A stretch of DNA of 62,216 nt, filler included, from Globobulimina sp. (taxonomy: Eukaryota): NCBI GenBank assembly GCA_003354225.1. It is 14 parts of 14 records of this genome, joined end to end, with 100 filler letters (N's around TTAATTAATTAA, not from the genome) between each part and the next. Parts side by side here need not be neighbours in the genome. Positions count along the whole stretch, not along the records: positions 22,279 to 26,628 come from PIVH01001321.1; positions 26,729 to 31,078 come from PIVH01001322.1; positions 31,179 to 35,528 come from PIVH01001323.1; 11 more parts are not named here. One strand, given 5' to 3'. The translations under genes were made by a program, and so were the position numbers. A model generated the notes under the pieces. That model was given only the letters and a program-made list of their open reading frames with translations, made no database searches and was not told the DNA's origin. The number at the start of each line of letters is the position of its first letter. The first letter of the stretch is position 1. This document shows, in pieces, positions 23,755-35,628 of this stretch.

Positions 23755-25300
23755 CTAATAATTAGCATATAATTGTTGAACCACATCAAACGAAGTCTTA
23801 ATTCTTCTCCAAAAGTCGACACTGCCTTTGTGATTTTCACTGCCTGGCCGACTGCAATTAACATCAATATATGCGCATAATGTCTCGTTTGGATAATAAT
23901 CACACTGTCCACAAGCCGCGTTATAGGCGTTGGAATCACAAAATTGCCAAACCGATATGCCACTAAACATTGAATTATTCAATGCAGTGAACACATCAGC
24001 AAATACGACTTGCGATGCATACAACTGCGACCATTTCACATTTGTCACATTATTCCATTCATACACACCGCTTGCACCAGTTTCGCTGATTAATAATGGT
24101 TTATGTGGCCATTTCATATGCACAGCGAATGCGAGATGATTCCAAAAGTCATAGCAATATTCAAGATCACCACAACGATCATACCATCCCGGATAACCAT
24201 TAAAACTTACAATGTCTGCAACTGCTTCAATACACACATCCGTTATAAATTTATTTGACGCAAATGTTATTAAACGAGTCGTATCTCTTGCTTTTATTGC
24301 CGATGCAGTTGCATTATAAGCCACAATGGATGCATTTTCATTGCTTGCTCCTTCATTGAAAAATGCGTAAAATAAAACAGACGGATTATTCACCATTGCA
24401 TCAATCATTTCATTTGCTTGTTGAATCTCAGCAGCCATAAAAAGCGAATCATTCAGCAAATTTGGAGTAGCATTACAGCCCAGCAACTCAACCCAAACAG
24501 CAATACCATTCTCGTCACATAAATCCAAAAATCTTTGATCTTGCGGATAACAGCAACCCCGGATATAATTGGAACCACTTTCTAAAATCAATGCGAAATC
24601 TTGCTGTATTTGAGCATATGTCAACGCAGCACCGGTGTCTGGATACATTGTATGACGACCGTATCCACGAAACTTTATAATTTCATCATTCAATGTTAAT
24701 CGAGCTATATTCTCCATTTTAGTGATACCGATTTCCCTCAAACCAAACCGAACTTGAATCATATCCAAAATTTTATAACTTTCATGATTGATATAATGCA
24801 CTGTTAATGTGTGCAAATTAGGTTCGGCCAAGGACCATAATGTTGGATTGGCCACTTTTATTTTATTGATTCTGCACCATATGTTGTTAACTAATGTGCA
24901 ATTTACTGATGTTACACTGTTCTGATTATCAAATACAAATGAAAAATATTTAAGATTATTATCAGTAAATGGTAGCATAAAACTGATATTTACATCAATA
25001 AAACCGCTGTGGATATCATTTGGAAACGTTTCTATGTGATGCAAATTATTTGTTGTTGCAGAATTAGGCAAGGTATGAATTAATACATTTCTTTCTATCC
25101 CGCCATAAAAATACCAATCTCCGCCATTGTGGTATAACGGTGCTGTTTCATAGTTAAATCTGTTATCGCTCAGTACAAATATTTCGTGCACACTGCTTGT
25201 TTTATTCATACTTGTTTGATTGATATAAAATGAAAATGACCCATAACCGCCAGCGATATGCTCACCAATATAGATACCATCCAAATATAATTGGCAATAA
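23755..25300 (-). CDS. Glycoside hydrolase family 2 (beta-glucuronidase/galactosidase-like), 5' end replaced by chimeric DNA
   Basis: LDG.YIGEH.GGY, LWSLAEPNLH, FGLREI, RHTMYP, LDLCDENGI, FNEG (acid/base), ISETG (nucleophile) and NHKG. Confidence 0.9.
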
Positions 25301-25945
25301 AAAGAACACGAAGAGAGTTTTCCCGATGTTGGGCAAAATCTGCAAACCATCAATAAATGAATGTGCAAGCCGGTTGACGGGTTCCGCTATTTTTACGGGA
25401 AATATTTTCAAAATAGCATCAATTTTGTTGATGGACGAATCGCGTTTTATCGCCAAAATTATTAAACTGATAAAAATCAATACCGCCACAATCAGCATTG
25501 TAATACCGGCTTTTTTCACACCCTCCGGCAGCGGGACTCTCAAAATAACGATAAACATGAACAACATCAGGGTCAGCAGATCGAACACCCGCTCAACAAT
25601 GACGGTGGCCATGGTCGCCGACATTTTGATACCGCTGCGTTTTTTGACCAGGTAGGGCCGCGCGAATTCACCCAGGCGGGCCGGCAGGATATTGACGGCC
25701 ATATAGCCGATTGAACCGAGTACAAAAAGCGTTTTCTGGTCGTAGTGCACCAGATTGTCCAGGATTTTGCCCCAACGGTAGCAGCGCAGGAAATGCGCGG
25801 CGACAGTAGCAAGCACGACGGGAATGATGTAGAGGTAATTGACCGATGCAATGCTTGCAGACAGGGCGGAGAAATCGATCCCGCGGAATGCAAAATATAT
25901 ACAAACACCGCTAATAAGTACGCCAAAAACAATATTTTTTTTCAT
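25300..25945 (-). CDS. Bacterial lysylphosphatidylglycerol-synthase TM / flippase-like (YbhN-type) protein, 3'-truncated
   Basis: LRCYRW, IGYMAVNILPARLGEFAR and ATVIVERVFD are family hallmarks. The gene is intronless with higher GC. Confidence 0.88.
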
Positions 25946-26250
25946 GAGAGGCTTTCTTTGCGTTGTATGCTTTGCTGCTATTGTCGTTGAATATCGGGCG
26001 AAACCTCCGGAGGCGCGTATGTTTTTATGTCGGCCCCGGTTTTATGGTTATTAATAAGCGTATTTCTGTATTTTTAATCAAGGTATTGCGTTAAATTTCC
26101 GAAAAGAATTAAACGTTCAAGAGCATCCGTACTTGTGCTCATTGGTTGGGCTATGCAGAAGGGCTGCAAGTGGATATAGAAATATAATAAAAATGGGGTT
26201 TTTGCAACTTTTTATAAAAGACTGCTTAAAAACAGTTTCTGAGAAAAAAC

Positions 26251-26278
26251 TTTACAAAAGATAGGGTCATATTACAAT
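26251..26278 (+). promoter_or_regulatory. Possible sigma70 promoter upstream of pilB
   Basis: TTTACA-16 nt-TACAAT, with an AGGA Shine-Dalgarno-like sequence before ATG 26344. Confidence 0.3.
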
Positions 26279-26343
26279 AAAATTAGTTCTGTAGTGGTCG
26301 TGCAGGTCTGATGGCGCTATATAAATCTTAGGCAGGAATTGTA

Positions 26344-26628
26344 ATGGCTGAAAAAATCGGCGAATTATTAGTCTCTAAAAATATTATTACCTCTGAGCAG
26401 CTTGAAAAGGCCCTGAAGGATCAAAAACAACGGGGCGGCCGGATTGGTTCAGCTCTTAACCGTCTTGGTTTTGTAACCGAAAGTGAGCTGCTGCAATTCC
26501 TGAGTGAGCAGTATAGTGTACCTTCTATCAAATTGTACGAATTTACGAGTGATCCGTAGGTGTTGAAAATTATTCCCGATCAAGTCGCATCCAAGTTTCA
26601 GGTCATGCAGCTTTCGGTTAAAATATAT
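26344..26628 (+). CDS. pilB: Bacterial type IV pilus assembly ATPase PilB, N-terminal MshEN region (3'-truncated; in-frame TAG at 26557)
   Basis: KIGELLV...ITSEQLEKAL..Q...GGRIGSAL.RLGFV.E..L..FLS.QY.VP is the MshEN pattern. Homology continues past the TAG (DP*VLKIIPDQVASKFQV). Confidence 0.8.
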
Positions 26629-27268
26629 NNNNNNNNNNNNNNNNNNNNNNNNNNNNNNNNNNNNNNNNNNNNTTAATTAATTAANNNNNNNNNNNNNNNN
26701 NNNNNNNNNNNNNNNNNNNNNNNNNNNNTGATGATGGGCATGCACTAGCTCCTCATCCTCATATTCATCCAAATCCAAATCATTTTTTTTCTTTTTTTTC
26801 CCAATTTTTTCATTCAATCCGCGGTCATCCAAAACCACAAATCCTTTCTTTCCAAATTTCTTTTTTTCTTTTTTTCTTTTTTCAATTTTTCTATTCAATC
26901 CGTGGTGGCTTATAACCACCAATCCTTTCCTTAATTTTTCCAATTTTGCGGTCATCCCAGTCCCAGACCGCAATTTATTCAATTTTTTTGTGTTTGTTGT
27001 TGGTGATGATGGCGATGCAATATGCCATCATCATAATAATCCAAAAAATAATTTTCTTTCTTTTCTATTCCATATTTACAGTTTAAATCATCCTAATTAA
27101 ATTATTATAATTTGTAATATTGTAACGTGAGAAAGATGCAGTTTGATATACTGCATTTTCACGCTACATAATTAATTTGTTTGTTGTGATTTTAGAGCAT
27201 GAGTGTCATGACAGAGCCTCGTGTTAATTTAATTAATTAAATAATAATTTCCATTCATCCATTCCATC

Positions 27269-27350
27269 TCATCACCGTATGATTCGAACCTACATCCATT
27301 TGGTTTGTGATCCATTCAAACCAATGCGCTGCCAATTGAGCTAGGTGGGC
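27269..27350 (-). pseudogene. tRNA pseudogene (GAA/Phe-like, with ~8-nt anticodon-loop insertion)
   Basis: GCCCACC TA GCTCAATTGGCAGCGC A TTGGT TTGAATGGATCACAA ACCAA ATGGAT GTAGG TTCGAAT CATAC GGTGATG A. A- and B-boxes are present, but the three terminal acceptor pairs are broken. Confidence 0.65.
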
Positions 27351-28750
27351 ATTTTTCTTATTTGTTGCTTTGAAAAAGTAAATCTTGATGAGGTAATTTT
27401 AGATTGCTTTGAATCTGTTCCATATGAATTTAATAATGGGAAACAGATTCAAAGTTGGCAAACTAAAGCGTAAGTGCTATGTAACTGAAGTTTTATGTAT
27501 TCGACTTTAGAAAAAAGTTAGTTGGCACTAGTCTAATGGACTGATGGATTTGGACATTTGAGATAGGATTAAATGACGGATTCACAAATTCTGAAATTAT
27601 AAATATGTTCTGAAATTACTGAATACGTTACCAGCCTCGATATTACTGAATATTGTTAAAATACTAAAACTTTTTCTGTTTCAAATAAATGCTGTTCTAA
27701 AGTATATCCATGAACTGCAAGGATAGTGTCATTACCTCATTAGCATTTATGCGCAAAACAAGCATTTTTTAATGTTTTTATCAAAACAAGTCCTTGCAAA
27801 CAAGTTTTAATCACAAGAACCGCCATATTTTACCAATTCTGAAGGAAAATATGTTATAAATAAAATGTTAAAAGATAAGGCATATTAGTTTATTATACTT
27901 GCGATCATATTTTTTTAGAAATCTAAACGATTAAAGTAAAGTTTTCGTTTTTAACATTATACCGGTATGAAAAACATTAAAATTTTCACTAAGAAACCAA
28001 TCAATTAACACACTGGCAGATGGGCGACTCTTTTACCATTATTATTTGCGTGAGATTATGTTATTGTAGATTTTGTTGTGGATTTAGTTTATGTTTTATT
28101 TATAATTTATTTTCTCTTATTACAAACTTTGATATGGTTTGTATAGGGTGTGAAGCGATGAGTAATTAAATTATTTATTTTTGTACTTTTTTGTTTTATT
28201 CCGTTCCTTTTCCTGTTTTTTTCATATCACATCACAATAAAAAACTAAAATTATATTAAACATCAATTACTATATTTTAATTAATTCATTCTTGTTTACT
28301 TTATCTTTTCTATATGTTTTTATTATAAAACACAGCGGATAATAGATAAACGATATCCAAGCTCTGTTTTACATTTAATAGTATATTTTTGTTTGATTCT
28401 TTTTTTTCATCGATCGGACCAGAATAGTGGGTTACCTGCTAGACGTCCTTGTCCTTCGTGTTGGTTTTGCTGTCATTGCTTCAACACTTGTGTTGTCTAG
28501 CAAGACAAAATCAATCTCAATTTGTTGAGTTTATTTAAATTTAACTTACTTGAAAGGTTTTCACAGAAAAAAAAAGTATTCAAAGTTGAAAACCACTCTA
28601 GCTAACCCAAAAACCTTGCCAATCACAAAAGAAGTGTTTAGAATTCTAAGTGTGAACCTAAAAAGTCAAATGTGCCATATCATGAGTTATGATATGATTT
28701 ATGCAGAGAAAATTTGGATTGGGTTTACAAAGTGAATACAAACTGTACAT

Positions 28751-28798
28751 TTAACTTTTTTGGCTTACATTTAAACGAAACTAAGCCAAAAAAGTTAA
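28751..28798. repeat. Perfect 17-bp inverted repeat belonging to a dispersed repeat family
   Basis: TTAACTTTTTTGGCTTA / TAAGCCAAAAAAGTTAA with a 14-nt loop. Related CCTAAAAAGTCAA occurs at ~28658 and ~4479. Confidence 0.7.
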
Positions 28799-28850
28799 TT
28801 GCAAACCCAATGCAAACTTTATATTGATCGATATGCATATAAACTACAAT

Positions 28851-31078
28851 TTATTTACGAGGTTTAAAACAATAATCATTTTGAAGTCCGTTAACGATTT
28901 GTTTAATGTATTTATTATTTTGGTTGTCAAAACCATCAAAATAAGAATCTAAAACAGGAGAACCAAATAAACCAATTTTATTTTGAAATGTAAATTGTGG
29001 AACAGGACAAGAACTGATATTATTTGTATTTACAGTACATTCATATTGTTTTGTATATGATGAATTCATCCAATTTTTAGCCTGTAATAAACATTTAAAT
29101 AAATAATTTCTATGCGTGGCCATGTATAAACCTTTACAATTTGCAGAATAACAAGACTCGATGTCTGGCAATAATATGGTACCATAAATATTATCATAAT
29201 ATTCTTTGTATAAATAGCGATTTATTTCTTCGCCATTCAGTCCGTTTGAGATATCATTGGAATTACAGTGATGGTACCAACCTAACAATGAAATTAAAGC
29301 AAATGAGGAGGAATAAATAAACCTTTCTTCTTCACTGTCATTATCATTGTCAATCTCATAGATCTCGTCTTGGATGGTTTCATTGCGGACACTGCGCGTC
29401 AAATATCTGTTATCTATGATGACGTTTGGCCGATAATTGTTGATTATACCAATGTTATTCCAACAGGACGCAAATGATAAGTAATGTGCTGACGATTTAA
29501 CAAATCGGTATGTATTTGCATATAAATATAAAATATCTGCTGCGGCTAAATGCCGATTGATTTTTGTACATTTCATCTTTGATAAAAGCTGAGCGATACA
29601 AACAAATTTACATCGTATCAAATATAAACCGTATTGAGATTCTTGCATTAAACCAGACGTCGACACAATATCTAAGATAATAGCATATAATTCGCCATCT
29701 AATCCAGATACATTTAAGGCATTTAATAGACGGTTAATTAATGAATCCTCATTGTTCCACAATGCATCGATTATTTCGTCAATTTCTGCAAATCTTATTG
29801 GTGGAATAAATAATGTGTTGTTGGATGATAATGAACCAAATAATTTGATATATTTTGGTATTTGCGAATGTTGCCAATTAATTAATATATTATTAAATAA
29901 TATTTCTTGTGAAGCTAAAAAATATTTTATTCTTTCCACACAAATTGATAATGATCGCATACGCCGCAATAAAATATCATTTGCATCATTTCGCGCATCC
30001 GACAATGAATAATCATCATTGCCGATATTTACTTTCTTATATAATAATAATGACAAATTTTCATTCTCCTCCACAATAAAAGCAACTAAATATGCTAAAT
30101 ATTTATACATCCAATCACCAAAACCATCGTCATATGAAATATGTAATTTATCCAACTCTTTTTTCTCAATTTCTGTTAATTTATTTGTTGTACAATTTAA
30201 TAATTTGACAAACCTTTCCACATATTTATGATTTGAAGATAAATAATCATTTTCAATCTCAATATCTTTATATTTAATGTATGTGCCATTGCATGCGGAC
30301 AAACCACACAAACATATTGATTCTAAACATATATCATTGCAAAAAGAATGCCATTTGTAGTCAATGGTTAGTTCATCGCCGCCAACAATATCATTAATTG
30401 CAAACAATCCTAACTCAAATTCATTGCTCTTATTATTTATATATGGCTTTATTACACAATTTGGAGAACAGGAATGGTTTATCATTGTAGCCATAGCATC
30501 ATTTACTAAATGAATGGATAATACGTGATAACGCTTCTTATCGTCGATATAATCAAATATCAGAGATATTCTTTTCTTATCCATCAAGTACGCGGATTGC
30601 AATTTGTGTCGTAAGTTTTCGCTGCAAAAACTATACTCAATCCATTGCGAACATGAATAAATATCTGACGATACTTTATATAAAAATGTATCTCTTTTAA
30701 TTAGCGATCTCTTGATCGGATTATGCCAAATCATGACAAGGCCTCTTCCTTTTGGGTGAGACAGAAAATTATGTGGCATTTTCATTGCATTACATACAAA
30801 CTTATCGTACGATGTTATTATTCGTTTATAATAAATATAATATCCATTATATATGCAATAACCGTTTTCATTTTTATTAAATTGTGTTTTGAGCAAATTT
30901 AAACTGACTAAAAATGCCATTATCATTGATGTTTCTCCATCGTTTGACACGCACATTAATCGCAATATTTTTATAATTAATTCTTGGATAATATAATTTA
31001 TTTCACATTCTCGCAATTTATAGCGATTTAAATTATTATTTTTATTTTTTATTTTATTTTTCCGATTATTATTATTTG
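28851..31078 (-). CDS. SET-domain histone methyltransferase, SDG2/ATXR3-like (5'-truncated)
   Basis: MINHSCSPNC, GDELTIDY and post-SET CLCG...C.GTY, plus the SDG2 C-terminal-like HLAAADILYLYANT. The frame is open to the contig end. Confidence 0.85.
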
Positions 31079-31285
31079 NNNNNNNNNNNNNNNNNNNNNN
31101 NNNNNNNNNNNNNNNNNNNNNNTTAATTAATTAANNNNNNNNNNNNNNNNNNNNNNNNNNNNNNNNNNNNNNNNNNNNGAAAAACAGCTCAAAACTGTTT
31201 GCGTGAGAACGATACTCATGCATTACGAACAGAGGTCGGCCAACCCAGAACAAGTGACAATTCATTATTTATCAAGCATAATTAT

Positions 31286-33209
31286 TTACAGATCATTTTT
31301 ATAAAATACTTTTCTTTTCAAATTTTGATTTTCCCTCTTTTGTTTTATCCATCCTCTCATTTGATCCAATTCAAATTCTCTCGCATTGGTAATGGCCACC
31401 GTATCATTTGGATTTGTAAAATAAAGGTCAATGTGATGCCCACTATCTTCAATCACAATACTCGGCAAAGACTCACTTAGATTCAATGTTACTCCGCCAC
31501 CTATATATAATATACACGCATCACAAAAGAAAGCCGTTTAATTTGGTTGCAATGAATAGAAACCGGTACCTCGCCATGGATCTAATTCGCCATTGGAAAA
31601 CACAATATTTGTGATGCCTGCCATCCCAATATCCCATCCTCCCCAATTTACAGCTTGCCACGTTGGTTGCGGCCAAGTCCCATACCGCCGATGACAACTA
31701 TCCACATATTGCGTTAAATCAAACGGATTGTCCCAGAACATGTCATCAACCCCGGTCGAACTATGTGGCATCACAATCTCTGTACACTCAAAATACCCCC
31801 AACTTACTTGGCCATCCTCTTCCGCCTTCACTCTCTCATCGTATAAACCCGCATTATAACAGTCAACACCGCCCGTATAGTTATAATAAACACCCACACT
31901 CAAACTCGCTGCATCCAACAATTGCATATACTCATTCTCTGCAAAATTTCGATTCAAATGATTATTACAGCCCTGACCAGCAATGCATAACAAATGTTTT
32001 TGCCAAAACAAGCAAAATGAATTTGGAACTTAACGATTTTCAATGGATATGGCGGTAACAATCCTCTCCCACCCAACATATAGCTGCTTGCGTATGGATA
32101 GCTTCCCTCTGCCATTACAAATATTGCACCGCCGATCCATGACCTTAATCCCAAGGCAGCCGCAGCAGTATTTGGCGTCGTACATAATCTCAAACCTGTT
32201 TTCAAATCTTGTCTGCCCTGTGGCGTCTGCGATAAATTGGCAATTAATTCGAATGTGGAATGATAATTAATATGACAAACGTCATTATTTATGTGTCCTT
32301 GCTGCGTACAAGCGTATGTTTCTATTTTTGCCGCATAATTTGTGATCAATGGAGGTGTCAATCCGGGACAGGCCAAAATCGGCGCGGAGCCCGCAATGCA
32401 GCCGTCCATAGAGGCGGGATATTTCATTCTGAACCAGGCACATAACATTCCGCCATAGCTGCCGCCAAAGCCAATGACTGGCGAATCGAGGGAATTCCAG
32501 TCGTTTTTAAGATTGCGAATCAAGACAGCAAAGTCAGCCAAGGCCTGATCAGCATTTGCGTAGTAAATATAATTATTTTGGTTGTCCATTGTGTTGTTGT
32601 CAAATAATATCGATGCTCCATAGTAACGATGTTCTGCAAACACTAAAATGGCACCGAAATCGTCTGCATTTTCCCACATTAAACCTATGTATTATATAAT
32701 AAAAAATAGAGTGATATGATGGGTTTGTTTGTAACATTTGAACATTACCTGTATGATTTACATATAATTCAACATTTGCTTCATTTCCTGTATAAAAAAA
32801 GATGGTATTGTTTGGTGTCCATTTGGCTCCGGAACATATAAAATATCTCTGTTTATATGTCGTCTGTCCATTTGCGGCTGGTCTCCAATTGAAGTGATCG
32901 ATCACTTTTGTAGACGTAGAAGAAGTGAAAAGAAAAAGAGATATTTTAATAAATAAATTGCTCGGGACCTTGTTCCATAAACTGCTCAGTACAATTATCT
33001 ATTAACGAAGCATGCGGGAATGAACCAAAGAATGGATGCGTTTTCTTTTGCGTTGGTGTTAAATATGGTGATACCCACAAGTCTGGCGAATAAGACATAT
33101 AACTTGGAAATGGAGTTCCAGATTGAATGAAACTATTATAATCCATGAAACCATAGCAGATATTAAAAAAATAAACTACGGCAAATGTTAACAAATAAGC
33201 AGACGACAT
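31286..33209 (-). CDS. PRCP: Lysosomal Pro-X carboxypeptidase (peptidase S28), multi-exon
   Basis: Signal peptide, DHFNW, QRYF, FFYTGNE, FAEHRYYG, QALADFA, GGSYGGML, NIVFSNGELDPW and GHHIDL, with four short GT-AG introns. Confidence 0.93.
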
Positions 33210-33531
33210 GGTCAACTTTGGTACAGCAGTGTGAAATATAAATTGAAAAAAACACTCCAAAAACGACCGTTTCTCAGAAAACATTCGTCATATCATGCAG
33301 TCTATTTACATAGACCAACCTGTACGTTTACAAATGATCGAGACGTATACGAATGAGGGTGGGGTTATCTAACCAGGGGGGTTATGTATCAAAACTCATC
33401 GTTTAGCTGCTTAAGTAGGGCTTTCCGATAAGTACTGATTTTTTTAAAAACTTTTCGAACACCTCTTAAATTTTCAATCAGTTCAACAAGTCTTGCACTT
33501 TTTCAAAAGGTCGTAAATCCCTTTTAAGACG

Positions 33532-34498
33532 ATGCCAAAGAGAAAAGGAAAGAATCCTGAAATGGATTGGATTGAAACGCGAGTAACCGAAGATGGCGAA
33601 GAATGGAAGCAAGGATGTTGCAGCGAGGAGCATTCAGCGGACGACAGATTCATAGCATGTACGTATGACACCGGCGCAGCAGATTTAAGTGGTACTTTAT
33701 TATATTATATTTATTTGAACAAACACAAAAACGTTTGAATATCAATATAGGTCGCTGCGATATATGGTTTTTAGTGGATTGCGTGCGACGAAAATACGAT
33801 TTAAACGAAGCAGAGATGAATTTATTAGCAGCGGATGATTGTGATATATTTCGCTGTGCATTGCATGGCGAGAATGACATGGATTTAGAAGAGATTCGCG
33901 AGGCAGCGGCATGTGTGCAAGAGGAAAAAGATGCGATTTTGCGAGAAGAGGAGTTTTATTCATTTTCAGAATCCGACAGTGAGAAAATTGTATGGTATCG
34001 CCGCCATGATACAGACAATTCAAATAATAAAGAAACTGATGATTTGGCTGTGAAATTTCAAAATATTTTATGTGATCGTGTGGATTTGGATGAATTTGAA
34101 GGGTTTGGTATGGTAGGATGGCATTGCCAGAGAAAATATTGGCGGATAATAAGAATAAAGAAAATGTGAATAATTTCAAGGTTGCGGTGAGTTCGGACAT
34201 TGAGCAAAAGAAAAGAAAGAAAAAATTGAAAATGGAGTTTTTGGACGATGAAAATGTTGAGATTGCAAATGAGAATCGGCGCGCTGTAAATTTAGCGAAT
34301 CAGAATGCGAATCAGAATGCTATTTATTCGCATCCGTCGTTACGTGTATATCCATTGACGATGGACGCGACCACATTTTTATTGGATTTGTCGAAGACTA
34401 AAATCGATGATAATATCCGTGGAGAGGTTTCGTGCGCATTTTTTGGTGCAGAAAGACAAATTATTTTGATGGTGTACAAGACTTTGGTGCAGCGATGA
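33532..34498 (+). CDS. Hypothetical acidic protein with an intron (~33692-33750) and a frame change near 34110
   Basis: Overlapping ORFs 33532-33738, 33735-34169 and 34118-34498. No family recognised. Confidence 0.4.
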
Positions 34499-34530
34499 TT
34501 TGGCACTGTAGATATTGCTCAAAGGATTTT

Positions 34531-35528
34531 TAATATTTCTTTGAATTTAAAGGGTGTCGGAGATCAATAAAATTTATCTATTTTTACTTTTTTATATAAT
34601 AAAATTATACTTTTTTTAGTTTATACAATTTTCTTTTATTTTTATGTATTCCCTGTACGGTTAAACGGCTATTTCTATTATTTTTTTTTGTGTTTGCTAG
34701 TATTATTTGTCTGCAGTTTGATAAAACAAATAATAGTAGATATTTGACGTAGTTTTTTGTATGTTGCATGTCTGTTTATTTGGTCAATCTGTTTTTTATA
34801 TATTAAACTTATTACATTCAATTTTTAGAGTAAATTCATGAAATATTTGTGCGAGGATAGTACTTTTGTGCGAGGATAGCAGTCAGGTGCAAGGATTTCA
34901 TTCTCTAAACGTTTCTGAATATTTAAAATTATAATTTAACAACAAATAGACATAACAAACATAAAATAGCCGTAACAAACATAAAATGCAAACAAAAACA
35001 AACAAAAACAAACAAAAAATTGAATTTTAATAATAGTTATCGCATAGGCGATAATTCGACACTGTCATTTGTTAATACTAAACAAACACGAAAAACAACA
35101 TCCAATTTATCTAATCGCCATGAAAAATCATTTAAAATTGGAAATAATGCATGTAATCTACCATAATAATTCTCATTCACCACACGCGTACTTGAATGTG
35201 TATAATTAAATACTCTCTGCGCTGCCGTTAATTCCATAGCAGTCCGTTCACAAAAACGAGTAATATATGGAATACCTAAATTTATTCAGTTTCAAACTAT
35301 TAATCATGTTATTTTATGGGGTTTGCTTATGCATTTTTGATTTATTTTTGAATTCAGTTTCAAATTTAAAGGGTGTCGGATGCATAATATTTTTGAATGC
35401 ATAATATTTCTTTGAATTTAAAGGGTGTCGGAGATCAATAAAATTTATCTATTTTTACTTTTTTATATAATAAAATTATACTTTTTTTAGTTTATACAAT
35501 TTTATTTTATTTTTATGTATTCCCTGTA
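34531..35528. repeat. ~127-bp near-identical direct duplication (~34531-34657 and ~35402-35528)
   Basis: TAATATTTCTTTGAATTTAAAGGGTGTCGGAGATCAAT...ATTCCCTGTA occurs twice, with a partial copy at ~35363. Confidence 0.85.
35037..35277 (-). mobile_element. PIF/Harbinger (DDE_Tnp_4) transposase-like, last exon only
   Basis: LTAAQRVFNYTHSSTRVVNENYYGRLHALFPIL...VCLVLTN matches the C-terminal R..VE..FGRLK.F.IL...L.N motif. It is preceded by a TTTAG| acceptor. Confidence 0.75.
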
Positions 35529-35628
35529 NNNNNNNNNNNNNNNNNNNNNNNNNNNNNNNNNNNNNNNNNNNNTTAATTAATTAANNNNNNNNNNNNNNNN
35601 NNNNNNNNNNNNNNNNNNNNNNNNNNNN

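Noticed and set aside
26557..26559. In-frame TAG in pilB as pyrrolysine or recoding
   Set aside because: It is one base from the expected GAG, lies 70 nt from a contig end, and neighbouring codons also deviate from the PilB consensus. Low-coverage error is more likely.
25300..26628. Bacterial genes as horizontal transfer into the protist
   Set aside because: The junction cuts both genes mid-CDS at a microhomology, bacterial SD/promoter features are retained, and there are no introns. Similar breaks occur on other contigs.
26729..27000. Lys-rich ORF with internal repeats
   Set aside because: It is low-complexity sequence at a contig end with no ATG start or family support.
34847..34895. GTGCGAGGATA motif repeated here and at ~3574
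   Set aside because: The 11-nt match has no definable boundaries and is too short to support an element.
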